53,262 bases of DNA, from NCBI GenBank assembly GCA_913065025.1, contig CAJYAP010000004.1, positions 1-53,262 of the forward strand. The letters are read 5' to 3'. Below, one piece after another: positions 38,441-47,267 of this stretch (the stretch's first letter is position 1; every line of letters starts with the position of its first letter). Under the pieces are notes generated by a model. The model made no database searches. It was not told the DNA's origin and saw only the letters and a list, made by a program, of their open reading frames with translations. The translations under genes were made by a program, and so were the position numbers. This DNA is from an uncultured Gammaproteobacteria bacterium (GTDB lineage Bacteria; Pseudomonadota; Gammaproteobacteria; Poriferisulfidales; GCA-002705445).

Positions 38441-41260
38441 TTAACCAGTATTTCTTAATCCAGCAGCAATTGCATGGATAGTTCTAAGTAAAGGATTAAA
38501 TACCGCCTCATCATGAGAGCTTGAATTTCTATGCTTTCTTAACAACATTACTTGGATATAATTCAATGGATCCATATAGGGCTTTCTTCTATATAGTGAT
38601 AATGCTAATTTTTTATTGTCTGCTAGTAGTCTATGTGTGTCTATTATTTGAAGCATTAAATTTTCTGTTAACATATATTCTTCTTCTATTTTTGCAAATA
38701 TTTTCTTAGCAGTTTCCTGATCATTTGCTAACGTTGCATAATCTTTTGAGATGGCCAAGTCAGCTTTTGCAATTGCTTGGCCTATATTATCAATCATCAT
38801 GTGAAAGAATGGCCATTCTCTATACATTTCTTGCAGGATTTCTATTCCTTTTTCATCGTAAATTTTATTTAAGGCAGTTCCTAAACCATACCAAGCAGGC
38901 AGTGTATTCCTTGATAATGACCAACCAAATACCCATGGGATTGCTCTAATTGAATATCTAGATCTTTCACCACTAGATCTATGAGCTGGTCTAGACCCTA
39001 TATTTAATTCCCCTAATTCCTGTACTGGCGTAGCTTCATAAAAATAGTCAATCAAACCTGGAGTTTTATCAGTAAGATCTCGATATTTATTTTCTCCCAT
39101 ATTGGACATATTTTTCATTATTTTTTCGTACTCTGAAGTATCAGATTTTTGTTCCACAACAATATGCTGGCTTGCTTTTATGAGTCCGCTAATAGCCATT
39201 TCTAATTCATAGCATGCAGTTTCATATTGAGCATATTTGTATGACAACACTTCTCCTTGTTCTGTTATTTTTATCTTTCCATTAACTGTATTTGCTGGCT
39301 GTGCAACAATAGAATTATGTGTTGGACCTCCACCACGGCCGACCGTTCCACCCCTGCCATGAAATATTTTACACTCTACTTTATATTTTTCAGATATCTC
39401 AATTATCTGTTGTTGTGCTTCATATAGACCGTACGAAGAAGCTAATATTCCTCCATCTTTACAAGAGTCAGAATACCCTAACATTACTTCTTGCAGATTA
39501 TCCTCGTGACATTGTAAAAATTTTTTATAAACTTCATTAGAGAAAAGCGACTCTAAAATGATTTTAATTCTGGCTAAGTCGTCAACAGTTTCAAATAACG
39601 GAGTAATTAAAATATTACAGAATAGTTCTCCATTATCTTTCTCTCCGATAAGACCAACCATTTTTGCTATCAGCATAACCTCAAGAACATGGCTTGCATC
39701 ATGAGTCATAGAGATAATATAATGCCCAAATGCTTCTGGACTTACTTGCTCCCTAAGGATAATCATTGTTTTGAAAACATCCACAATGACTTTGAGTTCA
39801 TCTGAAAGTAATTCATAGCTATCCTTATATGTTTCTTTTGATATAAGCATATTTGATAGCAACTTAACTTTTTCTTCCTCGTTCATGTTGTTGTAATTCT
39901 TATTTTTAGCTTGCTTAATTACTGCGCTTACAACGTTTGTATGTCTTGTTGACTCCTCTCGGATATCTAAATTCACTAAGAAGAACCCAAATGTCTCAAC
40001 TAATCTAATGAAGTCATCTAACCCAAACTCAAGTAAAACTAAATCTCCATCTGCTTTTAAAGAATCTCTAATGGTATATAAATCTTCAAGAAGTTCTTTC
40101 TCACATGAATACGCATTAGTTTTTTCTTTATTATTTTTGCCGTCCTGAAGCTCTGTTATTCTTTTTAAAGACTCGGCTAAGCGATAACTTATAATATTAA
40201 ATTTTCTTCTGTATGGCTCTTTTGGAAAGTCATTTGTTTTTTTATGAAAAGCTGCTTTTAAAAATTTGTCATCTTTTTCTAATGATTTAATAAAATTGTC
40301 AGATGGCTTCATAAGTTGGTCTGAATGAGTCATGAATAAAGATAATTCTTTTGCTCTTGTTATATATTCTTTTAGTGCTGTTTTGGAGTGCATATATACA
40401 GCTTTTTGAGTTACATCTGGAGTAACAAAAGGATTTCCATCTCTATCTCCGCCAATCCAAGACCCAAATCTTAAAAAACTTGGTACTTTTATAGAGTTAA
40501 CTGTTAAGGAATCACAATATATTCTTCTTGTCGCGTTTTCCAAATCTCTATACATTTGAGGGACTGCTTTAAACAAAGATGTATTAAAATAATATAAACC
40601 ATTTCTCACTTCATCTTCTACTGTTGGCTTTTTCATACGAACTTCATCTGTTTTCCAAAGTATCAATATTTGGGCTTCCAGTTTTTTAATTATTTCTTCT
40701 TTTTTAATAGATTGAGCACGATAATTATGAAGTTCTAAAATAGTGGCAAAAATTCTGCGTGTCGCCTCCATCTTACTTCTTCTCATAGCTTCTGTAGGAT
40801 GAGCTGTAAATACAGGTACAAACTGCAAACTATTATATAATTTCTGTAAGCCATCTGTTGTGATGCCATTTGTTTTACAGTCTTTGAGCATGTGATCAAA
40901 AGAACCTTCCCACAATGATGAGCCTGCTTTGCCTGATCTTAAAGTACTTTCTCTATGTATATGTTGATATGCTTCTTCAGCAACATTGACTAAAGCAAAA
41001 TATTTGGAGAATGATCTAACGACATTTTTTAAGACTTCAGGATTAAGTTTATCTATGAAGTTAATTAGCTGATCATGCTGTTCTTGATTATTATTATCTT
41101 GAAGATTTATAAATCCTTTTCTTAGCTTTTCCACTACGGCGTAAACATCTTTACCAGCATGCGATTTAATAGCGTTGCCTAAAAGCTTGCCTAAAAGCTT
41201 CACGCAAGATCTTAATTGCGTATCTGTGATCGCATCATAATTTTTTAGAAAATCGCTCAT
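38441..41260 (-). CDS. ppc: Phosphoenolpyruvate carboxylase
   Basis: VFTAHPTE, SWIGGDRDGNP, EVMLGYSDSCKDGG, FHGRGGTVGRGGGP, RAIPWVF, C-terminal GLRNTG. Confidence 0.98.
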   Translation of the reverse strand: MSDFLKNYDAITDTQLRSCVKLLGKLLGNAIKSHAGKDVYAVVEKLRKGFINLQDNNNQEQHDQLINFIDKLNPEVLKNVVRSFSKYFALVNVAEEAYQHIHRESTLRSGKAGSSLWEGSFDHMLKDCKTNGITTDGLQKLYNSLQFVPVFTAHPTEAMRRSKMEATRRIFATILELHNYRAQSIKKEEIIKKLEAQILILWKTDEVRMKKPTVEDEVRNGLYYFNTSLFKAVPQMYRDLENATRRIYCDSLTVNSIKVPSFLRFGSWIGGDRDGNPFVTPDVTQKAVYMHSKTALKEYITRAKELSLFMTHSDQLMKPSDNFIKSLEKDDKFLKAAFHKKTNDFPKEPYRRKFNIISYRLAESLKRITELQDGKNNKEKTNAYSCEKELLEDLYTIRDSLKADGDLVLLEFGLDDFIRLVETFGFFLVNLDIREESTRHTNVVSAVIKQAKNKNYNNMNEEEKVKLLSNMLISKETYKDSYELLSDELKVIVDVFKTMIILREQVSPEAFGHYIISMTHDASHVLEVMLIAKMVGLIGEKDNGELFCNILITPLFETVDDLARIKIILESLFSNEVYKKFLQCHEDNLQEVMLGYSDSCKDGGILASSYGLYEAQQQIIEISEKYKVECKIFHGRGGTVGRGGGPTHNSIVAQPANTVNGKIKITEQGEVLSYKYAQYETACYELEMAISGLIKASQHIVVEQKSDTSEYEKIMKNMSNMGENKYRDLTDKTPGLIDYFYEATPVQELGELNIGSRPAHRSSGERSRYSIRAIPWVFGWSLSRNTLPAWYGLGTALNKIYDEKGIEILQEMYREWPFFHMMIDNIGQAIAKADLAISKDYATLANDQETAKKIFAKIEEEYMLTENLMLQIIDTHRLLADNKKLALSLYRRKPYMDPLNYIQVMLLRKHRNSSSHDEAVFNPLLRTIHAIAAGLRNTG

Positions 41261-41434
41261 GAATTCTTACTATGGCTTACATCGTTTATAAAGAAATATA
41301 ATAGCATAATATGAAATACTGATCAGCAATTCATTATTTAATCGACAAATTATTGATTTTATTGATGATTAAGCCATTAACTCAATTATTGCGTGTAATA
41401 AATTTTATATATGGTTGTTAACCAATAATAGAAA

Positions 41435-41890
41435 CTATGAAATCATTCCGTCCATTAGTCTATACTTTCTAAAACTATCTCTTATAAGAGAAGGTACTCT
41501 TCTTCTATTTTTTTTGTTAAAAACCTGGCTTTTAAGACTTTCTCTTCTATTTATAAGTTTACAGATTTTTATTTTTATTTTAGTAATTTTTTTATTTTCA
41601 TATGAAATACATCTATCTAAATATTTTAGATCAAATTGATACTCTTCAATTCTTGAATTTATAATTTGAACTTCTTTTTTTCTATTTTTTTCTTTTGCTG
41701 TTCTAAAAGTGGAGTTATATATTTCATGCAATTTTTTAACTTTACTTTCGAGTATTAAATTATTATCTTGAGAATTATTTTTATTTATTTTATTTTGAAT
41801 ATTATTAATTTTTATGCGTATCTTTTTTTGGAGTTTTTCTGCTTTAAATCGGTTATAACTAGCCTTATTATCTTTGCATCTATTTGACAT
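41435..41890 (-). CDS. Hypothetical Lys/Arg/Asn-rich, probably coiled-coil protein
   Basis: Strong AGGAGGTG SD before ATG; 151 open codons. Confidence 0.6.
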   Translation of the reverse strand: MSNRCKDNKASYNRFKAEKLQKKIRIKINNIQNKINKNNSQDNNLILESKVKKLHEIYNSTFRTAKEKNRKKEVQIINSRIEEYQFDLKYLDRCISYENKKITKIKIKICKLINRRESLKSQVFNKKNRRRVPSLIRDSFRKYRLMDGMIS

Positions 41891-42082
41891 AATTCACCTC
41901 CTTTTACAATTTTATTATAAACACTTAACAAGCTATTGTTTTCAATTTTTTTAATTCTGTTTATTAATTTTATTTATAAAACATTATTAGTTGATAATAA
42001 TTTAATTAAATTGTGAATATATTTGATTTTTTATTTTTTGAGAAGATACTAAATAAATAAGTATTTTTTTAGAGGCAATAAA

Positions 42083-42424
42083 GTGAATATATATGTTGAG
42101 GGCAACTTAATTAAAACAAATGATCAAGGATATCTTGTTCACTTAGATGACTGGTCTGAATCATATGCTTTAGAAATAGCAAAGATTGATAATATTAATT
42201 TATTTACAGATCACTGGGAATTAATTTATTATTTTAGGGATTATTATAAAGTTAATCTTGAATGTCCAACTATGCATCAGATGCTTATGGAGTTAACTCC
42301 AAATATTAAAAAATTTCATAATAAAAAAATTTACGAGCATCATATTTATAACTTATTTAAATTTGATCCTATCCATGAAATATGCAAATTAGCAGGTCTT
42401 CCAATGCCTCAACCTGATACTTAA
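42083..42424 (+). CDS. DsrC/TusE family protein lacking the C-terminal catalytic Cys (RspA-like)
   Basis: DQGYLV.LDDWSE, LFTDHWELIYYFRDYY, LF, CKLAGLP; ends PMPQPDT; GTG start with GAGG SD. Confidence 0.85.
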   Translation: MNIYVEGNLIKTNDQGYLVHLDDWSESYALEIAKIDNINLFTDHWELIYYFRDYYKVNLECPTMHQMLMELTPNIKKFHNKKIYEHHIYNLFKFDPIHEICKLAGLPMPQPDT

Positions 42425-42449
42425 ATAAATTTTTATACGGAGTTAGACA

Positions 42450-42650
42450 GTGAGCACATCTTCATTAATTTTTTGTATTATTTTTATTCCTCTTTTTGCT
42501 TTGTTTTTATTTATTAATGTTAAACATAATTTTATAAACAAAAATAAGAAGTTTGAAATTATTACCAGCCCTGTCTATTATATTCTTTTACTTATATCGA
42601 CTATCTGGTTTTCTTATGTGCTTTTAATTACACTAGATCCAAATTTTTAG
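42450..42650 (+). CDS. Small two-TM hypothetical membrane protein
   Basis: Two hydrophobic segments; 25 nt after the DsrC-like gene. Confidence 0.5.
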   Translation: MSTSSLIFCIIFIPLFALFLFINVKHNFINKNKKFEIITSPVYYILLLISTIWFSYVLLITLDPNF

Positions 42651-42756
42651 TATTTTTTTTCGCTTTTTTTTCGCTTTTTTTTCTAGATTTACATTTTTTA
42701 TTACATAGCTTTTTTTCACACTTTTTCGAACAATATTTAATTTTACTTGATCGCAT
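42628..42756 (-). CDS. Putative 42-aa Cys/Lys-rich peptide (MRSSKIKYCSKKCEKKLCNKKCKSRKKSEKKAKKNTKNLDLV), not in ORF track
   Basis: ATG 3 nt after the upstream stop; C-x3-C-x4-C-x3-C; explains the T8CGC repeats. Confidence 0.4.
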   Translation of the reverse strand: MRSSKIKYCSKKCEKKLCNKKCKSRKKSEKKAKKNTKNLDLV

Positions 42757-42759
42757 ACT

Positions 42760-43044
42760 TTATTTTTCTTTATCTTCATCTCTAACAAAAGCTTTTGTTT
42801 TTCCATCACTTAAGCTTTGCAAAAATGCAATAGCTTCTTCCCCTGTCATATATTTATATTCATCATAGTCTTTTGGTGTTTTCACAACTTGTATCTCTAG
42901 TTCTTCCATACCGTCTCTTATATATTGTTGATCAGCAGACTTCAAATCCTTAATAATTTCGTCTAATTCGGATATTAAAATATAACCAGTTTCTTTGCCT
43001 TTTTTAACAATATTTTTTATGTCATTAGTTATGTTTTCATTCAT
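42760..43044 (-). CDS. Stand-alone sigma70 region 1.1-like protein
   Basis: IKNIVKKGKETGYILISELDEII..IRDGMEELEIQVV resembles RpoD 1.1 (LKLLVTRGKEQGYLTYAEVNDHL..IIQMINDMGIQV). Confidence 0.7.
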   Translation of the reverse strand: MNENITNDIKNIVKKGKETGYILISELDEIIKDLKSADQQYIRDGMEELEIQVVKTPKDYDEYKYMTGEEAIAFLQSLSDGKTKAFVRDEDKEK

Positions 43045-43054
43045 ATTTTTACTA

Positions 43055-43570
43055 TTAGCTCCATATTTTTATCCAGTTATCTAAACTTACATGAAGTTTT
43101 TTATTTCTTTCTTGAATTTCTTTTCGCATTGCACATCTCATTTCTCCTGCTTTAAATAATTTTTTTTCAATCTCAGACTCAATATTTAACTTCGGGACCT
43201 CCATGGGTTTTCCATCTTCACTTATAGAAACCATAGTAAAATAACTAGAAATAGCATGGTACTCTTCCTTTTCTTTAATTTTTTCTCCTTCAACACGAAC
43301 TCCGACTTCCATTGAAGTCTTTCCAACATAATTTATATTACATTTGAACGTTATAAGGTCACCTACTTCTATAGGATTTTTAAAAACAACTTGATCTAAT
43401 GACTTTGTTACTACATACGTTTTACAGTACCTAGATGCACATGTGAAAGCTGCTTCATCCAATAATTTTAATATTGTTCCACCATGAACTTTTCCTGAAA
43501 AATTAGACATATCAGGTGTCATTAACCTCGTCATAAATAATGATTTATCTTGCTGCGTTTTATCATTCAT
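43055..43570 (-). CDS. Acyl-CoA thioesterase (hotdog, YciA-like)
   Basis: NFSGKVHGG.ILK.LDE, GKTSMEVGV, SYFTMV. Confidence 0.9.
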   Translation of the reverse strand: MNDKTQQDKSLFMTRLMTPDMSNFSGKVHGGTILKLLDEAAFTCASRYCKTYVVTKSLDQVVFKNPIEVGDLITFKCNINYVGKTSMEVGVRVEGEKIKEKEEYHAISSYFTMVSISEDGKPMEVPKLNIESEIEKKLFKAGEMRCAMRKEIQERNKKLHVSLDNWIKIWS

Positions 43571-43968
43571 TTACTAGCTTCCTTTTTTATATATTTCTGC
43601 TTGCTTGGGATTACGCCTCTAACTCCCCCTCGTGGATTAGGCATATCGCCGCTTCTTCTTGGGATAAGATGTATATGCAAATGATCAACGCTCCGACCTG
43701 CGTCTCGACCGTCATTTAACCCAATATTAAATCCAGTTACTGATGAATCTTTACTTAAAATTACATTTCTTTGCTTTTCTATAAATGGGAAGAGATGCTT
43801 TTGCTCTGTAGAATCTAATTCAAAAAAAGATAAGATATGCCTTTGTGGGATAATTAGTGTATGTAGTGGAGTTACAGGGTATCCATCTCTAATTGCAAAG
43901 AAAAACTCATTCTCATCGATTTTTTCAAATTTATAAAATATGCTTTTCGTCATTATCTCCAATTCCAA
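43567..43968 (-). CDS. HIT family hydrolase
   Basis: YPVTPLHTLIIP.RH, FNIG.NDG..AG.SV.HLHIHLIPRR. Confidence 0.93.
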   Translation of the reverse strand: MELEIMTKSIFYKFEKIDENEFFFAIRDGYPVTPLHTLIIPQRHILSFFELDSTEQKHLFPFIEKQRNVILSKDSSVTGFNIGLNDGRDAGRSVDHLHIHLIPRRSGDMPNPRGGVRGVIPSKQKYIKKEASK

Positions 43969-44028
43969 CCTTTGTTAATGGTTTAGTTTTACTATAAAAA
44001 ATAAAAGATCTATTTAATCCATACTTCC

Positions 44029-44292
44029 CTATTTATTATATTTAATTTTAAAAATTAATATAAATAATGATAATAATAAAGTAAATATATTAGCTAAAAT
44101 TAAAGGAAATGACATTATTAAAATACCGTAAATTAGCCACAAGAATACACCAAAGCTAAATATAATCCACGTTGGCAAAGATATATCTTTAGAGCTCTTT
44201 GTTTTGTATATTTTCCAAGCTTGAGGTAGAAAAGCTATAGTTGTGCAAATAGCTGCTAAAAATCCTATACTTTGGACAAAGTCACTTATCAT
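44029..44292 (-). CDS. SemiSWEET (PQ-loop) sugar transporter
   Basis: TTIAFLPQ, SKDIS, WLIYG, P.ILAN; three TMs, 87 aa. Confidence 0.9.
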   Translation of the reverse strand: MISDFVQSIGFLAAICTTIAFLPQAWKIYKTKSSKDISLPTWIIFSFGVFLWLIYGILIMSFPLILANIFTLLLSLFILIFKIKYNK

Positions 44293-44987
44293 TATTTTAT
44301 ACTCATAAGAGGCAAAACATTCTCTTTAATTTTTTTATCCTCATATTCAACTAGATATGAATTCTTTTTTCCTCTAAACGAAATTGCATAATGTACTTCG
44401 TCATTTTTTATATGAAGTGCGGAACCACCTTCAATTGCGTAACAATTTTGCATTTCATTATTCTTAATAAATTTTGATAATGAAGGTCTTCTTTCTGATT
44501 CTTCGTCATAATGTGGGCAACAATTTCCTTTTGTAAAACTCAAGCAGTCCATGATATTGAGCTTTTTTGACCATGAATCAGTAATTCCTTTTTCAAACCA
44601 ACATATTGCACCAGCACTTACACCACTCATTATAGTACCATTTTCATATGCTTCTTTTAAGATTACATCAAGATCCCAGTCTCGCCAAACTGCCAACATA
44701 CTTTTTGTGTTCCCACCGCCAACAAATATTATATCCTGCTCTTTGATTAGCTTTTTCAGATCTGGAGTTCTTTTAAATAAATCTAAGTGAGAAGGATTAC
44801 AATTTAATTTACTAAGCGTGGCATAGTAACTAACCTTGTATGACTCATCATCTCCCGTTGCTGTTGGAATAAAGCATATATTTGGCCTAGCTTTTTTTGC
44901 TTGGTCTAGTATGTATTTCTCAATAACACCATCTCCAGGATTTCGTCCAAAGCCACCACCACCTATTGCTATAATTTGCTTATCCAT
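44292..44987 (-). CDS. Peptidase E (S51) family
   Basis: IIAIGGGG, FIPTA.GD, VGGGNT, GVSAGA, CCPHYD. Confidence 0.88.
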   Translation of the reverse strand: MDKQIIAIGGGGFGRNPGDGVIEKYILDQAKKARPNICFIPTATGDDESYKVSYYATLSKLNCNPSHLDLFKRTPDLKKLIKEQDIIFVGGGNTKSMLAVWRDWDLDVILKEAYENGTIMSGVSAGAICWFEKGITDSWSKKLNIMDCLSFTKGNCCPHYDEESERRPSLSKFIKNNEMQNCYAIEGGSALHIKNDEVHYAISFRGKKNSYLVEYEDKKIKENVLPLMSIK

Positions 44988-45011
44988 TCTTTTTCCTTCT
45001 TATTTATTGAA

Positions 45012-46010
45012 TTAATCTTTAATCATCTTAAATAATTCTTTTATTGAATTTATATTTCTTTCTCGGTTGAAAACATATTTAGCATGAATTTCACTACCAG
45101 CTAAACTATCCAATTCAATTCCCCATAAGCCTTTAATTTCATTTGGTAACATTGAGTACCTAATATCAATAATCCGATTTTTGTATTTGTTAGATAATGC
45201 AACGTATCCTCCAGAAAACCATCTAAACCTTTCAATATCTTTTGCTTGCTGGCTAGATAAATCGAGCCATGGAAATGACTCACTGATATTCAATTTATTG
45301 ATTTTTGAGCCCTCATATATTTTTGTTCGTAATCCTACTTTTACGGCGTCAACATAATAAATATTATTATTACTATATATTGATTTCCACACTATTAAAT
45401 TTGCAAAACTTGGCTTAACATCCACTAGCGCGTTGGTATGTCCTCTTGATAATGCAAGATTTGACGCTAGATCTTTCGCTCTTTCCTTCTGAACTACCCC
45501 AAATATACAGTAACCAATAATCCAACATAAAGATATTCGAGTATAAATCTTTTTCTTTTTTAAAGCGCCAATTAATATTAAAAGAAATATTGGTAATGTA
45601 AATATTGGGTCTATTATTGATATAGTATTCCAAGATATTCTTGCATCACTGAAAGGCCATAACAGCTGGGTTCCGTATGATGTGCAAGAGTCTAGCAAAC
45701 CGTGGGTTCCATACCCTAATGTACAATAAAGATATACACTCTTAAATTCTATTTCGCGACGCTTTGCAAATAAATAATAAAAAATTAATGCGCATATTAA
45801 GCCGCCTATAGGAATAAATATTAAAGAGTGTGTAAACTGACGATGATATTCTAAAGCTAATAAAGGATCATGATTAGATCTAATAAAAATATCTAGATCT
45901 GGAGCAAGTCCTGAAAGAAAACCGAATAATGTTGCTATTATTATATTTTTCTTGTTAGCAGATTGTTGTGCAACTGCTGAACCAAGAACTCCCTGCGTCA
46001 ATGGGTCCAT
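45012..46010 (-). CDS. Membrane-bound metal-dependent hydrolase (YdjM/YbcI-like)
   Basis: MDPLTQ..LG, PDLD, HRQFTHS, THGLLD..TSYGT, IIDP; start at MDPL. Confidence 0.85.
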   Translation of the reverse strand: MDPLTQGVLGSAVAQQSANKKNIIIATLFGFLSGLAPDLDIFIRSNHDPLLALEYHRQFTHSLIFIPIGGLICALIFYYLFAKRREIEFKSVYLYCTLGYGTHGLLDSCTSYGTQLLWPFSDARISWNTISIIDPIFTLPIFLLILIGALKKKKIYTRISLCWIIGYCIFGVVQKERAKDLASNLALSRGHTNALVDVKPSFANLIVWKSIYSNNNIYYVDAVKVGLRTKIYEGSKINKLNISESFPWLDLSSQQAKDIERFRWFSGGYVALSNKYKNRIIDIRYSMLPNEIKGLWGIELDSLAGSEIHAKYVFNRERNINSIKELFKMIKD

Positions 46011-46031
46011 GTATTTATTTCCCAAATTACT

Positions 46032-46712
46032 TTAATTTAAAAACTTAATTTCTGATAAATCAATTCTTATTTTTTCTTTTCCTTTTTTCATAATTCTTGT
46101 TGATACCATTAAATTTTTATGCTCTTTTGAGAAAAAGAAAATATTCTTTTTATTTCCTGATATATATTCTGCAGAATAACCATGGTACTGCAATTTATTT
46201 ATCTTAATAGAAGCATTTTCTTTAAAATTATAATTGTAGATCTTAATATTCTTTTTTGACAATACATTATATTTTGTATCAAAATTAGGGTAAGTTCTCA
46301 TTAATAATAAAAGTAGAGAAATGGGGTCATATATTATTTCATCAGTATTAAGATTTATAGGTTCCGTATTTTTCTTTATTATTTCAACTTTATTTGCATT
46401 AAATATTGCTTGGTAAGACTCTTCGCCATCTTTATACATATATTTTTTTGGTAAAATAATGTTTTGGTTTATTTCAACATGAGATATTTCTTCTCTATAC
46501 CCTCTATTTGCTAGTTCTGCTAAAAAATTACCATCATATACAGTGCTAATTTTAATTTTATTATTTTCAGTATTAATTTTAAGCGTCATTTTGCCAGCTT
46601 CCATATTCTTATAGTAAAAAATATATTTTGCTTCAACATTTTTTATAATGTTTTCATTTGATAACGAATTTTGACATAGAAACACAAGCGCAATGATTAT
46701 AAGTTTTTTCAT
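46032..46712 (-). CDS. Exported hypothetical protein, DUF3108-like
   Basis: Signal peptide; beta-rich; Y.EIS, P.KY, YDP.S.L pattern. Confidence 0.5.
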   Translation of the reverse strand: MKKLIIIALVFLCQNSLSNENIIKNVEAKYIFYYKNMEAGKMTLKINTENNKIKISTVYDGNFLAELANRGYREEISHVEINQNIILPKKYMYKDGEESYQAIFNANKVEIIKKNTEPINLNTDEIIYDPISLLLLLMRTYPNFDTKYNVLSKKNIKIYNYNFKENASIKINKLQYHGYSAEYISGNKKNIFFFSKEHKNLMVSTRIMKKGKEKIRIDLSEIKFLN

Positions 46713-46727
46713 AATGATTTCTCATTT

Positions 46728-47246
46728 TTATTGTCTATCAATATTTTTCTGTAATATAAAATTCTTTAGCATTTGCTTTTTCATAGCTTCGGAGAGAATT
46801 TTCTTAAGCTCTATACATGTGTAAGCATTTATGACATTTTTATCATATAAGCTAACTTTAAGATTTTTTTTATCAAATTTTAATTTGACTTCATTGTTTA
46901 TAATTTCTTCGCTAAAGTCTTTTGTAGAATAAAAACTTCCCATATTGAAAGAATTTTTTATTATATTATCTTCAATATAAATACTGTTTCCGTTATCCCA
47001 TTTATCACTTTTATATATTAAACCTATTTTATTTTCAGATTGAATCAAACTTATATCTTTATTAGCTTTATAGTTTTTTCTCTGGTCGGTACTAGGTTTT
47101 AAATTACATGAATAAAATTCACCTTTTGAAAATGAATTTAATATATTATTTAAATTTTTTTTATCTGTATACTCATATTGTTCAGTACAGCCTAATATAC
47201 TCATTAATAAAATTGAATAAATTATAATTTTTGTATTCCTTATCAT
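46728..47246 (-). CDS. Hypothetical lipoprotein
   Basis: Lipobox ILLMSILG-C after a basic N-terminus. Confidence 0.6.
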   Translation of the reverse strand: MIRNTKIIIYSILLMSILGCTEQYEYTDKKNLNNILNSFSKGEFYSCNLKPSTDQRKNYKANKDISLIQSENKIGLIYKSDKWDNGNSIYIEDNIIKNSFNMGSFYSTKDFSEEIINNEVKLKFDKKNLKVSLYDKNVINAYTCIELKKILSEAMKKQMLKNFILQKNIDRQ

Positions 47247-47267
47247 TATATAATCCTTTTTTAATTT

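Noticed and set aside
5280-41639. Many short opposite-strand or nested ORFs in the track (e.g. 5280-5486, 5694-5918, 6034-6342, 19381-19821, 22156-22500, 31128-31565, 36563-36862, 36748-36981, 41415-41639)
   Set aside because: They lie within well-supported genes, show antisense-type composition and have no motifs or SD: shadow ORFs
41999-42017. AATTTAATTAAATT palindrome and TGTGA half-site upstream of the DsrC-like gene
   Set aside because: An all-A/T palindrome is expected in this spacer; the second CRP/FNR half-site is missing
42410-42430. Selenocysteine or frameshift restoring the DsrC/TusE terminal Cys
   Set aside because: The TGA here is out of frame, the stop is TAA, and neither alternative frame gives a Cys
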